Position numbers and translations under genes: made by a program
The notes under the pieces: generated by a model
What the model was told of the DNA's origin: nothing
What the model saw: only the letters and a program-made list of their open reading frames with translations
Databases searched by the model: none
Part shown: piece by piece, positions 7,910 through 17,559 of the stretch
Layout of the letters: the number at the start of each line of letters is the position of its first letter
Position numbering within the stretch: position 1 is the stretch's first letter
Assembly: GCA_049177215.1 (NCBI GenBank)
Contig: CP185379.1
Coordinates: forward strand, 2,921,549-2,985,548
Length of the DNA: 64,000 nt
From: Candidatus Pollutiaquabacter aromativorans
Lineage (GTDB): Bacteria; Bacteroidota; Bacteroidia; AKYH767-A; 2013-40CM-41-45
Reading direction: 5' to 3'

Positions 7910-9835
7910 TCAGTCCGTTTTCAGGATGCGGCAATTACCTGCTTCTGTCTGCAACAAGTAAACTCCGCTGGCAAGTCCGTCAAGACTCAGGTGAAGATCG
8001 TGTTCTCCGGTAGCCGAACTTTCACGTAGCCGTCGTCCTTGCAGGTCGGTGATCAACAGCCGGCCCTGAATCGGTTGGTCCGAGATCACTTGAAGATCTC
8101 GCTGAGTCGGGTTCGGGAAAACACGGATACCGGAAGTCGGCGCGATTGAATTCAGGGCATTGACGATCTGCCGGATGTTGACCTGTAAACGGAAACCGAC
8201 GAACAGGTCCGAAGCTTCCATCGGCTGCCAGGACCCGAAGGAACTCTTCGCCCAGGCCTTGCGGTAACGGTAGTTCTTCCAGTTCGAAGACAGCGAAGCG
8301 CTGTTTGTGTGCTCGCGCAGACAAACGAAATACTCGCCATCATTCAAGGGGAATAAGCCCGATTCCAACGGCAAGGTAACCGGCGTGCCCGCAACATAAG
8401 CCGGGGGCACGTGATAGGTAAGCGTGCGGACGATCAGGTTGCCGGGTGCACCGTTGAATGTCCAGAGCTCCGCATACAAGCTGTCACCTGCAACAGGTGC
8501 TTCGAGTGAAAAGGTGATGGAAGAGATCTCCGCCCCGACCGGCAATTCGAAGGATTGTCCGACTCGACCACCATTGCCGAGTCCGAGACCTGTAAAAGCC
8601 GGTCCTTCATCATAGGCCAGGGTGGAATCACTTACCTCGAATCGATAGTCGAGCGAATCGTTTGGCGTGAACTGATCCGCGGGTGTACTGAGGAGACTGG
8701 CGACTACCCGGATGCGGCCTGTGGCCGAAGGATGGAACCCTGTAGGAAAGTACCCGGAAGATCGATCGGCAGGCGCCATCGCTGCAACACTTCGTGTCGT
8801 GTTCACGAGCAGGGACTGAAGCGAATCGTAGAGGGCAGCTTGCACTTCGACCACATCGAGGGTATCCGTACCGACATTTCGGAACTTACAGTTCCATTCC
8901 AGTTCATAAGCCTGTGCCAGCGCCAGCGGCACACGCGTATAGGGTGGCGAGAGCCGAAGGGTATCCATCGCGGCATCCGCTGCGAGCAGTGAATCCGAGC
9001 TGAGTTCGACCGAGAAGAGCAGATCGTCGGGAACTCCCTGCAGTACTCCGACCAGACTCAGGCGGCCGGGTGCGAGCCCGTTGGCAATGGACAAGCCTCC
9101 TGCCTGACCATAAGCGAGCTGATCGCCCAGTCGGTGCATGACGGGGAAAGAGACACCATCGGGAATACCGCTCGCGACCGGTATGCGTACGATCCGGTGG
9201 AGACCGTCCGGCGTGATCCGTGCAAATGCCCAGAGGTATGGCCCACCGGACGTCACCGCGTCGAATGCAAGGCCGTAGATGCCGGCCAGTCCGTGCACGG
9301 CAGACGGAATGGTCTGCAAGGTCGCGCCAGTCCGGTCGAAGAGCACCATGGGATAATCGTCGTATGCCACCCAGAACGCGTCGCGGGTGGAATCATACGC
9401 GACGCCTTTCGGGAACAAGGGCAGCAGAATGGAATCCGTAACGGCTAAGGTGGAAGGATTGACTTCGTAGAGGTAGATGCCCTGGTCCTGCGCGATGTAG
9501 AGACTACTGCCATCCGTCGTGATCGCGGTGGTACCGGTGTCGGGCAAGCCGGTAATGGTGAGCGAATCCACCAGGCTGCCACCGACGGAAAAGCGGCGGA
9601 TCATGGGCCCGTCGAATCCGCCGGTCCAGAATCGCCCCTGGAAGTAGAGCGCGCAGGTGTAAGCATCGTTACCGGAAGGTGCACTGAGGTTGAAGCCGGA
9701 CTGCGGGTCGAACAGGCGAGCCGAAGATGGCTCGGTGTGAAAACCGGACATCCTGAAGCGAAGGTCCTGGTCGGATTGCGCAGCGAGCCGGAGTGTGATG
9801 CCCGCAATCAGGAAGAGTGTCAAACGAAGGTTCAT
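7910..9835 (-). CDS. secreted protein with a T9SS C-terminal sorting domain
   Basis: A signal peptide MNLRLTLFLIAGITLRLAAQ is present. The C-terminal CTD reads GVYLLQTEAGNCRILKTD. Confidence 0.7.
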   Translation of the reverse strand: MNLRLTLFLIAGITLRLAAQSDQDLRFRMSGFHTEPSSARLFDPQSGFNLSAPSGNDAYTCALYFQGRFWTGGFDGPMIRRFSVGGSLVDSLTITGLPDTGTTAITTDGSSLYIAQDQGIYLYEVNPSTLAVTDSILLPLFPKGVAYDSTRDAFWVAYDDYPMVLFDRTGATLQTIPSAVHGLAGIYGLAFDAVTSGGPYLWAFARITPDGLHRIVRIPVASGIPDGVSFPVMHRLGDQLAYGQAGGLSIANGLAPGRLSLVGVLQGVPDDLLFSVELSSDSLLAADAAMDTLRLSPPYTRVPLALAQAYELEWNCKFRNVGTDTLDVVEVQAALYDSLQSLLVNTTRSVAAMAPADRSSGYFPTGFHPSATGRIRVVASLLSTPADQFTPNDSLDYRFEVSDSTLAYDEGPAFTGLGLGNGGRVGQSFELPVGAEISSITFSLEAPVAGDSLYAELWTFNGAPGNLIVRTLTYHVPPAYVAGTPVTLPLESGLFPLNDGEYFVCLREHTNSASLSSNWKNYRYRKAWAKSSFGSWQPMEASDLFVGFRLQVNIRQIVNALNSIAPTSGIRVFPNPTQRDLQVISDQPIQGRLLITDLQGRRLRESSATGEHDLHLSLDGLASGVYLLQTEAGNCRILKTD

Positions 9836-10061
9836 GATGGGTGTGAATTCGGTTAAAGCGATCGAAAGTTAAAATAAAACCGCAGCTCACAAGCGTACCC
9901 GAATTGTCATATTAGCGAACCGGCCTTCATCCTCCTTCCGACAAAGAATACGCGCCTTTCAACAATCACTTGCTGGAAAACCGGGCCCGGCTTCCGGCCG
10001 GAAAGCTGAAGCATTTCTTTCTTTCGCAACATCATCCAACCTTTCACCAAACCCACGCACC

Positions 10062-10916
10062 ATGCATCGTCCTTTACATTCACTTTCGTTCGTACTGCTG
10101 TTCGTCGCTCTTCAGTTGTCCGTTACTGCACAACAGGTATGCGACTCCGTTTTCACACCCTGCTTCAATACGACTTCCGGCACCGGCTTCTTCCTCGACC
10201 TGGAAGCCGCGACCGATGTGACCATTGAGGGCTTTTCCACCATGTCGCAGGGAGCCGGAACCCGCGATGTGGAATTGTACTATCGTCCCGGTGGTTTTGC
10301 CGGATACGAAACCGACGCCGCTGCCTGGACGCTCGCCGGCAGTGCCAGCGGCTTTGATCCTGTGAGTGCCATTTCATGTCCCATTCCGGTGACACCGCTG
10401 CCAATCACCTTCAACGTCTGTATCCCGGCAGGAGAGCGCTACGGTTTTTACCTCGCCAGCACGAGCGGTTCCGGTTCCTTTGAACTGTATGATACGCTCA
10501 CGACCGGGACCCTGTTCTCGGACGACGGTACGCTGCGTCTGTACGTCGGCAAAGGCGCCTTTGCTTTCGGAGCATTCACCGGATTTGTCACGCAGAACAA
10601 ACTCATGCAGGGTACGATCCAGTATTCCTGCGGCTGCTCGACCGGACTGCAGCATCCATCGGCTGCATCGAACGTGCGCTTGTTCCCTTCCATCGTGACG
10701 CGCGAATTCCAACTTGACCTTTCCAAGGCACAGGGTGTTTATCAATCCGCACGCATACTGGACAGTGCCGGTCGACTGCTCGATCAGCTCGAACTGGACG
10801 CCACCGCGACCAGCATTCTCCGAAACGTCGCTTCGCTTTCGCCGGGTGTGTACACCCTGCAATTGACCGGTTTGAAATCCTCCGCGCAGCTCAAATTCGT
10901 GCGGAGCAGCGATTAA
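10062..10916 (+). CDS. secreted protein with a T9SS C-terminal sorting domain
   Basis: A signal peptide is followed by an AQQ cleavage site. The C-terminus reads PGVYTLQLTGLKSSAQLKFVRSSD. Confidence 0.7.
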   Translation: MHRPLHSLSFVLLFVALQLSVTAQQVCDSVFTPCFNTTSGTGFFLDLEAATDVTIEGFSTMSQGAGTRDVELYYRPGGFAGYETDAAAWTLAGSASGFDPVSAISCPIPVTPLPITFNVCIPAGERYGFYLASTSGSGSFELYDTLTTGTLFSDDGTLRLYVGKGAFAFGAFTGFVTQNKLMQGTIQYSCGCSTGLQHPSAASNVRLFPSIVTREFQLDLSKAQGVYQSARILDSAGRLLDQLELDATATSILRNVASLSPGVYTLQLTGLKSSAQLKFVRSSD

Positions 10917-11021
10917 TCGGTCACCCAAACACGACGTTCAAGCGTGCAGGGAATGCAGTGGATGCGTACGCGTGGATACCATTGCTTTACCTTATCATGG
11001 TCATGTATCTGACGATCAGCC

Positions 11022-11052
11022 TCTTAGCATTGGCGAAAATTCACTATTTTTG
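11022..11052 (+). promoter_or_regulatory. candidate Bacteroidota sigma-A promoter (-33 TTG, -7 TAtTTTTG) for the PSP1 gene
   Basis: The sequence cattggcgaaaattcactatttttg sits about 32 nt upstream of the ATG at 11084. It matches the TAnnTTTG consensus. Confidence 0.35.
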
Positions 11053-11083
11053 AACCTCATCAGAATTTCCTCCCCTATTTATT

Positions 11084-12688
11084 ATGGCTTGCGCTTCGTG
11101 CGGAACAGGAACAGACGGGAAACCGGGTGGGTGCCGCAGCAACGGCACCTGTAGCACAGGTGGCTGTAACAAGTTGAACGTCTACAATTGGTTGTCGGAT
11201 ATGGTGTTGCCCAACGGGCAGCAGTCGTTCGACGTTGTAGAAGTACGCTTCAAAGGCAGCCGCAAAGAATTTTTCCGGAACAAAGAGCTGCAGGACCTGC
11301 GTGTGGGTGATATGGTAGCGGTGGAAGGAAGTCCCGGTCACGACGTCGGCACGGTGTCGATGGTTGGCGAGTTGGTGCGCTTCCAGTTGCGCAAGAAGAG
11401 TCTGGCAGAGAATTCGGAGTCGATCAAAGCGCTCTACCGCAAAGCCAAGCCGGGCGATGTGGAGAAGTGGTGCGAGATGAAAGACAAAGAGCCCGCCACG
11501 CGCAAGCGCACGCGGGAGATCATCGAATCGCTCAAGCTCAACATGAAGTTGAGCGATGTCGAATTCCAGGGCGACGGCAAGAAAGCCACCTTCTACTATA
11601 CCGCTGAAGAGCGCGTCGATTTTCGAGAACTCATCAAGCGTCTCGCCGATGAGTTCCGTATCCGGGTCGAGATGCGGCAGATCGGCATGCGGCAGGAAGC
11701 CAGCCGCTTGGGCGGCATTGGTGTCTGTGGCCGTGAACTTTGCTGTTCCACCTGGCTCACCGATTTCAAGACCGTATCGACCAGCGCGGCGCGCTATCAG
11801 AATCTTGCGCTCAATCCCGCCAAGCTCGCGGGACAATGCGGCAAGCTCAAGTGTTGTCTTAACTACGAACTGGATTCGTACATGGACGCGGTACGCGACA
11901 TTCCGGCTTCGAACATCATCCTCGAAACCGAGAAAGGTCGCGCGTTCCACCGCAAGACCGATATCTTCAAGCGATTGATGTGGTACGCGTTCAGCGAGAA
12001 CGAGCGGAGAGGCGAAGGCGAACAAGCGTTCACCGGCGAAGGCAACTGGGTCGTCATGCCCGTCGATCGTGTGAAGGAGATCGTCGCGCTGAACAAAGAA
12101 GGCAAGAAGCCGGGCGAACTCATGGAAGGCGACTGGCTGGAAGTGGAGGTCGAAGAAGAACCGGACTACGCCAACGTGGTTGGTCAGGACCGGATCGACC
12201 GGATGGACAAGAAGAAGAAGAAAAAGAAGAAGAAGAAATCATCCGGCAGCGGCAACGCTCAACAGGCAGCTCCAACGGGTCAGGCACAGGGCGGACAACC
12301 CCAGGGTGGCCAACCGAAAGAACGCGGACAGCAAGGTGGTCAACAACGGCAGCGACCCGACAACCGTCCGCAAGGCGGCAAAGGAAGCGGGCCTCGTCCG
12401 CAGCAGAACCAGCAGCAAGGCGGCAAACCGCAGCAACAGGGTCAGCAACAGAACCAACAGCAACGTCAGCAACAGGGGCAGCGTCCCCAGCAGCAAGGAC
12501 AAAACAACAACCGTCAGCAGCAACAGGGACCGCGTCCGCAACAGCAACAAACTCCGCGTCCGCAGGGCGAACAGCGTCCGCAGCAGGAGCAGCGCCCACA
12601 GGGCGGAAACCGGGAGCCACGTCAGCGGCCTTCCGCACCTCCGCGTCAGTCGCCCGGACAATCAACGCCGCCGCCAGAATCGAACTGA
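11084..12688 (+). CDS. ricT: PSP1 C-terminal domain protein (RicT/YaaT homolog) with a Cys-rich N-terminus and a long Gln/Gly/Pro/Arg-rich low-complexity tail
   Basis: The N-terminus reads MACASCGTGTDGKPGGCRSNGTCSTGGCNKLNVYNW. The PSP1 core includes CCSTWLTDFKTVS and GKLKCCLNYE. The tail starts with KKKKKKKKKK and is followed by QQ/GQ/PQ repeats. Confidence 0.8.
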   Translation: MACASCGTGTDGKPGGCRSNGTCSTGGCNKLNVYNWLSDMVLPNGQQSFDVVEVRFKGSRKEFFRNKELQDLRVGDMVAVEGSPGHDVGTVSMVGELVRFQLRKKSLAENSESIKALYRKAKPGDVEKWCEMKDKEPATRKRTREIIESLKLNMKLSDVEFQGDGKKATFYYTAEERVDFRELIKRLADEFRIRVEMRQIGMRQEASRLGGIGVCGRELCCSTWLTDFKTVSTSAARYQNLALNPAKLAGQCGKLKCCLNYELDSYMDAVRDIPASNIILETEKGRAFHRKTDIFKRLMWYAFSENERRGEGEQAFTGEGNWVVMPVDRVKEIVALNKEGKKPGELMEGDWLEVEVEEEPDYANVVGQDRIDRMDKKKKKKKKKKSSGSGNAQQAAPTGQAQGGQPQGGQPKERGQQGGQQRQRPDNRPQGGKGSGPRPQQNQQQGGKPQQQGQQQNQQQRQQQGQRPQQQGQNNNRQQQQGPRPQQQQTPRPQGEQRPQQEQRPQGGNREPRQRPSAPPRQSPGQSTPPPESN

Positions 12689-12691
12689 TCC

Positions 12692-13183
12692 GTGAACAAA
12701 CCTTCACTTCGTACTCTCCTGCTGCTTACGATCCTGTCGTTGTCGCTGAGTTCGTGCGACCGTTCCGTACTGTTCGAAGAGAACGTTCGCATTCCCGACA
12801 ACCGCTGGGATGCCGCGAACGTCATCAAGCTTGAGGCGGATATTCCCGATACGGCTCAGTTGTACAATCTCTACGTGAACGTGCGCAATGCCGGCGGGTA
12901 TCCCTACTCCAACATCTTCCTTTTCCTCAACACCACCCTACCCGACGGCAAGCGTTCACGCGATACCCTCGAAGTGACCCTGGCCGACGACAAAGGACAA
13001 TGGCTGGGTGACGGCATGGGCGATATCTGGGACAACCGCGCACTCTTCCGCGAGCGGATGCGCTTCCCACAGAGCGGCCTTTACACGTTCGAGATCGAGC
13101 AGGCGATGCGACAGAATCCCCTTCCGCAGATCATGGATGTCGGCTTGCGCATCGAGCGATACGACGATCCGGCCGGGCGTTGA
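12692..13183 (+). CDS. gldH: gliding motility lipoprotein GldH
   Basis: A lipobox LSLSSC is present and the protein is 163 aa. The motifs LYNLYVNVRNAGGYPYSNIFLFL, LADDKGQWLGDGMGD and QAMRQN resemble Flavobacterium GldH as I remember it. The start lies 4 nt after the ricT stop. Confidence 0.65.
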   Translation: MNKPSLRTLLLLTILSLSLSSCDRSVLFEENVRIPDNRWDAANVIKLEADIPDTAQLYNLYVNVRNAGGYPYSNIFLFLNTTLPDGKRSRDTLEVTLADDKGQWLGDGMGDIWDNRALFRERMRFPQSGLYTFEIEQAMRQNPLPQIMDVGLRIERYDDPAGR

Positions 13184-13195
13184 TCCTGCTTCGCC

Positions 13196-13714
13196 TCAGG
13201 TTAATCTCCGCCCGCTGCTTTTTCTCAATCGGAGAATGATGGCTCCTTCCGCCAACGCGAGCAAGGCGAAGAACCACAGCCACGCGCTTCGACCGCTCCT
13301 TCCGGATTTATACTTCGTCAGCTCCGCCTCGTAACGCGCGGCACGGGCCGTCATCGTGTCGGATACGGCCTGCAGGTTCCGGATACGGTCCGCGTCGCGG
13401 GAGGCATCGTAGGTCATGCTGACCCGTTCGAAGGTGCGCTGGTCCAGCATACGATCGAGCAGCCGGATGATCTCGTTGTCGGTCTCTACGATCGCTGCCA
13501 GACGATCGTGCGAACCTTTCAGGTCGGTCTTGGTACGCTGGCCGAAGATTCCGCTTTTTTGCTGCAGGCTGCCCGTGTATTCCCGGAATTGCGCAGCGCG
13601 ACCTTCGAGCAGGTGGATCAGTTCAGCACGTTCGGCGGAGTTTCCGTTCGCAAAGGAATTCAGGGAATAGCAGCAGCAGACAAGGACCAGGAAGTGTCGT
13701 AGCATGGTAACCAT
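13196..13714 (-). CDS. hypothetical exported coiled-coil protein with a C-terminal TM anchor
   Basis: A signal peptide is present, along with the C-terminal TM helix WLWFFALLALAEGAIIL. Confidence 0.5.
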   Translation of the reverse strand: MVTMLRHFLVLVCCCYSLNSFANGNSAERAELIHLLEGRAAQFREYTGSLQQKSGIFGQRTKTDLKGSHDRLAAIVETDNEIIRLLDRMLDQRTFERVSMTYDASRDADRIRNLQAVSDTMTARAARYEAELTKYKSGRSGRSAWLWFFALLALAEGAIILRLRKSSGRRLT

Positions 13715-13804
13715 TAACGTAATTTAAGAATCCTTATTGGTCCTGCGATGAAACGGGTACCGCCTTTTCGATACCTTCGCAGTATATACATTCATCCTAA
13801 GTCC

Positions 13805-15277
13805 ATGAGAAGACTACTCTTATTGATATGCTGTAGCCTATGGTTAAGCACTTTGGCTCAGTCGCCCAAAAAGAAACCCATTCAGGTGGCTCCAGTCATT
13901 TCAAAGCCTTTACCCTCCGCTACTAAGCCCATTCAGCAGGCAAGTTCGGAAAAAGAGAAACCAAGCAACCGGGAAGGGGAGAAAATGACGTCCAGCGACA
14001 TTCTTCCATACCCTATTTACCAGAAGCGAATGGCAAATGGTTTGAACGTCGTAACAGTTCCTTATCCCAGCCCGGGCGTTGCAGCATTCTATATCATTGT
14101 GCGGGTTGGGTCGCGAGACGAGATTGAAATTGGCAAGTCCGGCTTTGCGCATTTTTTCGAACACATGATGTTCCGGGGAACGAAACGATTTCCAAAGGAA
14201 GCATACAGTGCAGCTTTAAAATCTACCGGAGCATCTGCAAATGCTAACACTAGTCTCGACCGCACAGTTTATCACATGACCGCTGATGCATCAAAATTAG
14301 ACCTACTGTTCGATCTGGAAGCAGACCGCTTCATGAATCTTGATTATTCAGAACAAGATTTTCGAACCGAAGCGGGCGCGGTAAAAGGTGAATACACCAA
14401 GAACTCCTCGAACCCGTATACCAAATTGAACGAGTTGATCCAGAATGCGGCTTTCGATCAACACACCTATAAACATACAACGATGGGCTTCTTAAAAGAC
14501 ATCATTGATATGCCTAACCAATTTGCATATTCCCGAAATTTTTTCAGCAGATTTTATCGACCGGAGTATACAACCATCCTCGTGGTTGGTGATGTAAAAC
14601 CGGGGGCGGTGGAAGGATTAGCCAATAAGTACTTTGGACGATGGGAAATGGGGAACTATAAATCTCCGGTACCCCAGGAACCAGCACAATCTGGTGTTCG
14701 TTTTGCGCACATGAAAAAACCAGGCTTCCCACCCTACCTGAGTTTGAACTACCGGGGCCCGGCCTATTCCGACAATTCGAAAGACCTTGCTGCGCTGAAT
14801 ATCCTTGGCGCGGTACTCTTCTCCGAGAACTCAACCCTTTATGAGGATCTGGTTATGAAGGACCAGACGGTACGTTCATTGGATGCTGGAATCTATCCAA
14901 CCCGAGATCCATTTCTATTTAGCGTAGAAGCTTCATTGGTCGCCGATTCCTCCATGATCTTGATTCAAAATCGTTTACTCGAAGCACTTGGACAAGCTAA
15001 GGTCAAGGCACTGGAATCGAAGAAAATTGATCAAGCTCGAGAAAACATCCGGAATTCTTTTGCCATGAGCATTGACAATCCAACTTCGATTGCGGAAGCA
15101 TTGAGTAGCGCCATTTGGTTAACAGGAGATCCCGAATCCCTGAACCGACAGTATCGTCAATACGAGCAAATCACCGCCGATGATATCCAACGCGTAGCCA
15201 ACCAGTATTGCACGGAAGATCGTCTAACGATTGGAACCATATCCAGTGCTGAAAACTCCCCCTTCAAAAAGCCATGA
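13805..15277 (+). CDS. M16 family zinc peptidase (insulinase/pitrilysin-like), catalytic subunit
   Basis: The inverted zinc motif HFFEH is present (GFAHFFEHMMFRGT). A signal peptide is present. Confidence 0.85.
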   Translation: MRRLLLLICCSLWLSTLAQSPKKKPIQVAPVISKPLPSATKPIQQASSEKEKPSNREGEKMTSSDILPYPIYQKRMANGLNVVTVPYPSPGVAAFYIIVRVGSRDEIEIGKSGFAHFFEHMMFRGTKRFPKEAYSAALKSTGASANANTSLDRTVYHMTADASKLDLLFDLEADRFMNLDYSEQDFRTEAGAVKGEYTKNSSNPYTKLNELIQNAAFDQHTYKHTTMGFLKDIIDMPNQFAYSRNFFSRFYRPEYTTILVVGDVKPGAVEGLANKYFGRWEMGNYKSPVPQEPAQSGVRFAHMKKPGFPPYLSLNYRGPAYSDNSKDLAALNILGAVLFSENSTLYEDLVMKDQTVRSLDAGIYPTRDPFLFSVEASLVADSSMILIQNRLLEALGQAKVKALESKKIDQARENIRNSFAMSIDNPTSIAEALSSAIWLTGDPESLNRQYRQYEQITADDIQRVANQYCTEDRLTIGTISSAENSPFKKP

Positions 15278-16833
15278 ATAAACGTATGTTATTCCGATTT
15301 ATCTTCCATGTGGTGCTCATGACGGGCTTCCCCATCCTAGCCTTTGGCCAGGAAGTGATTGAAATACCTGATTTACAATCCAACAAAGTCGTCATACGCC
15401 TGGTATTCCGGAATGGGTCGATTTGCGACCCTCCCGGCAAAGAGGGCATCACTGATGTCACGACTTCCCTAATAGCAGAAGGAGGTACCCAGAAACTTAG
15501 CTCCACTGAAATCACCCGTACCATCTATCCATGGGCGGTTCGCATGTACTCTTCTACTGATAAAGAAACGTCAACATTTAGTTTTGAGGTTCTTACAAAA
15601 CACCTTGATCAATTTTACCCGATCATCCGCGATCTGTTGCTTTCACCAGGATTTCGGGAGGACGACTTCTCAAGAGTGATTTCGAACCAGAGAAATTATG
15701 TTGATGAAGTTATTCGTCAATCATCAGACGAGGAGTATGGTAAGAAGTACCTCGAGTATAAGCTGTTCGGAGGTTGCCCCTACGCCCATCTTACTGCCGG
15801 AACATCTTATAGTTTGGCGGAGCTATCTCTCGAAGACATTAAAACGCATTACAAAAATTACTTTACATCCGGGAAACTTCTGATCGGATTAGCCGGCAAC
15901 TACCCGGCATCGTTGAAAGAACAGATCCTAAACGATTTCAAATCATTCAATGCACATACACCATTTTGTGAAGTCGGTGACGCCCGTACCCCGGAGGGCC
16001 TTCAACTCAGTATCATTTCAAAAGAAGGCGCTATGGGCTCTGCGATTTCTGCAGGGTTCCCACTTAACCTTACACGATCAGACGACGAATTCGCTGCGTT
16101 AATGGTTGCCAATTCCTGGCTAGGCGAACATAGAAAATCCTACTCTCGCCTTTATCAAAAAATCAGAGAAGCTCGATCCATGAACTACGGAGATTACACG
16201 TATATTGAATGGTACGAGAACGGGGGTTCAAATATGCTCCCACCACCCGGAACTCCCCGCTCATTGAATTATTTCAGCATATGGTTACGACCAGTTCAAA
16301 CGGCCGCCAGCCTTCGTAAACAATATGAAGAACTCAAGGATATTCAATTTGGACATGCTCCCTTCGCCCTGAAGATGGCTATCCGAGAGATCGATGCCCT
16401 CATTAAAAATGGAATGAGTCAGGAGGATTTTGAGGAAACACGTGAATTCCTAAAGAGTTACACTAAGTTATATGCTCAAACTCCCGCGCGACGTCTTGGA
16501 TACCTGATGGATTCCAGGTTTTATGGGCGCGAGGATTGGCTAACGACGCTTCAAAAATTACTATCAGGACTAACATTAGAAGACGTCAATTCCGTGATCC
16601 GAAAATTTTTACAGACACAGAATATGTTCGTGGTGATTGTTACTGACCCTGAGGAGGCGAAAGCAATCAACAAAGCACTGGGCTCCGGCAGCGTAACACC
16701 TGTAGCATACTCCGACCAAATGAAGAAGTCCCTCAGCGTAAGTATTCTCAAGGAAGATAATGAAGTTGAAGCCTATCCATTAAAAGTGAACACAATTGAA
16801 ATCGTCAATTCCCTGGACACCTTTAGAAAATAA
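15274..16833 (+). CDS. M16 family peptidase, second (non-catalytic M16B-like) subunit
   Basis: The start overlaps the upstream stop in an ATGA arrangement. The overall M16 architecture is present without HxxEH. Confidence 0.75.
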   Translation: MNKRMLFRFIFHVVLMTGFPILAFGQEVIEIPDLQSNKVVIRLVFRNGSICDPPGKEGITDVTTSLIAEGGTQKLSSTEITRTIYPWAVRMYSSTDKETSTFSFEVLTKHLDQFYPIIRDLLLSPGFREDDFSRVISNQRNYVDEVIRQSSDEEYGKKYLEYKLFGGCPYAHLTAGTSYSLAELSLEDIKTHYKNYFTSGKLLIGLAGNYPASLKEQILNDFKSFNAHTPFCEVGDARTPEGLQLSIISKEGAMGSAISAGFPLNLTRSDDEFAALMVANSWLGEHRKSYSRLYQKIREARSMNYGDYTYIEWYENGGSNMLPPPGTPRSLNYFSIWLRPVQTAASLRKQYEELKDIQFGHAPFALKMAIREIDALIKNGMSQEDFEETREFLKSYTKLYAQTPARRLGYLMDSRFYGREDWLTTLQKLLSGLTLEDVNSVIRKFLQTQNMFVVIVTDPEEAKAINKALGSGSVTPVAYSDQMKKSLSVSILKEDNEVEAYPLKVNTIEIVNSLDTFRK

Positions 16834-16851
16834 GAACCATATCCGCACAGA

Positions 16852-16888
16852 AAAAAGGCCGACACTAATAAATGTCGGCCTTTTTCAT
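16852..16888. terminator. bidirectional rho-independent terminator
   Basis: The hairpin is aaaaaaGGCCGACActaataaaTGTCGGCCttttt. It lies between the convergent M16B and ferritin genes. Confidence 0.8.
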
Positions 16889-16902
16889 ACCTGTTTTTTC
16901 AT

Positions 16903-17412
16903 TCACTCTCCAGCCCCGTCTGCCGGCGTCATCTGCAACAGATCACGATCGAACAGGTACATGCCGCTCTTGTCGCCGCCGATCATCTTCAGCTTGTCGA
17001 GCACCGTACGCGCAAGGCGCTCTTCCTCGATCTGTTCGGATACATACCACTGGAGGAAGTTGTGCGTGGTGTAGTCTTTTTCCTTCAGGCACTCATCGAC
17101 CAGCTTGTTGATCTCGGCCGAAACGCCGACCTCGTGCTCGAGGATCTGCTCGAACAACTGTTGTACGTTCTTATAGGAGGATTGAACGGCTTTGAGGGTG
17201 GGCACCAGCGCGTGTCCACCACGCTCGTTGATGAACTTCATCAACTTGAGCATGTGCATCCGCTCTTCGTCGGAATGCTTATACAGGAAGTTGCTCACGC
17301 CTTCGAATCCCTGTACCTCCGCCCAGGAAGCCATGGCAAGGTAAACGTTGGAGGAGGAAGCCTCCAGTTCGACCTGCTTGTTCAACAGGGTATTGATCTT
17401 CTTGGAAAGCAT
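16903..17412 (-). CDS. ftnA: ferritin (non-heme, Ftn-like)
   Basis: Ferroxidase-centre residues are in an E...ExxH arrangement (LEASSSNVYLAMASWAE, EERMHMLKL). The length is 169 aa. Confidence 0.8.
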   Translation of the reverse strand: MLSKKINTLLNKQVELEASSSNVYLAMASWAEVQGFEGVSNFLYKHSDEERMHMLKLMKFINERGGHALVPTLKAVQSSYKNVQQLFEQILEHEVGVSAEINKLVDECLKEKDYTTHNFLQWYVSEQIEEERLARTVLDKLKMIGGDKSGMYLFDRDLLQMTPADGAGE

Positions 17413-17559
17413 ATTGTCGGTTCTGTTTTTCTCAGCAACAAAATTAGTCGAAAAATAGTTTACCCGGCGGCGCTTGCCCGGCGGGACGCAATGAAATGTT
17501 GGTTCTTCCGTTGAATACTCGGCGATCCCGGAGGGGCTGCCCCCTTCGAAATCCGTAAT

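Noticed and set aside
12120-12834. Overlapping ORFs on both strands (12120-12707 on the minus strand, 11980-12834 on the plus strand, 12239-12661 on the minus strand) within the PSP1 tail
   Set aside because: These are artefacts of the low-complexity CAG/CAA/CCG repeat DNA that encodes the Q/P/G-rich tail. Only the frame continuous with the PSP1 core is credible.
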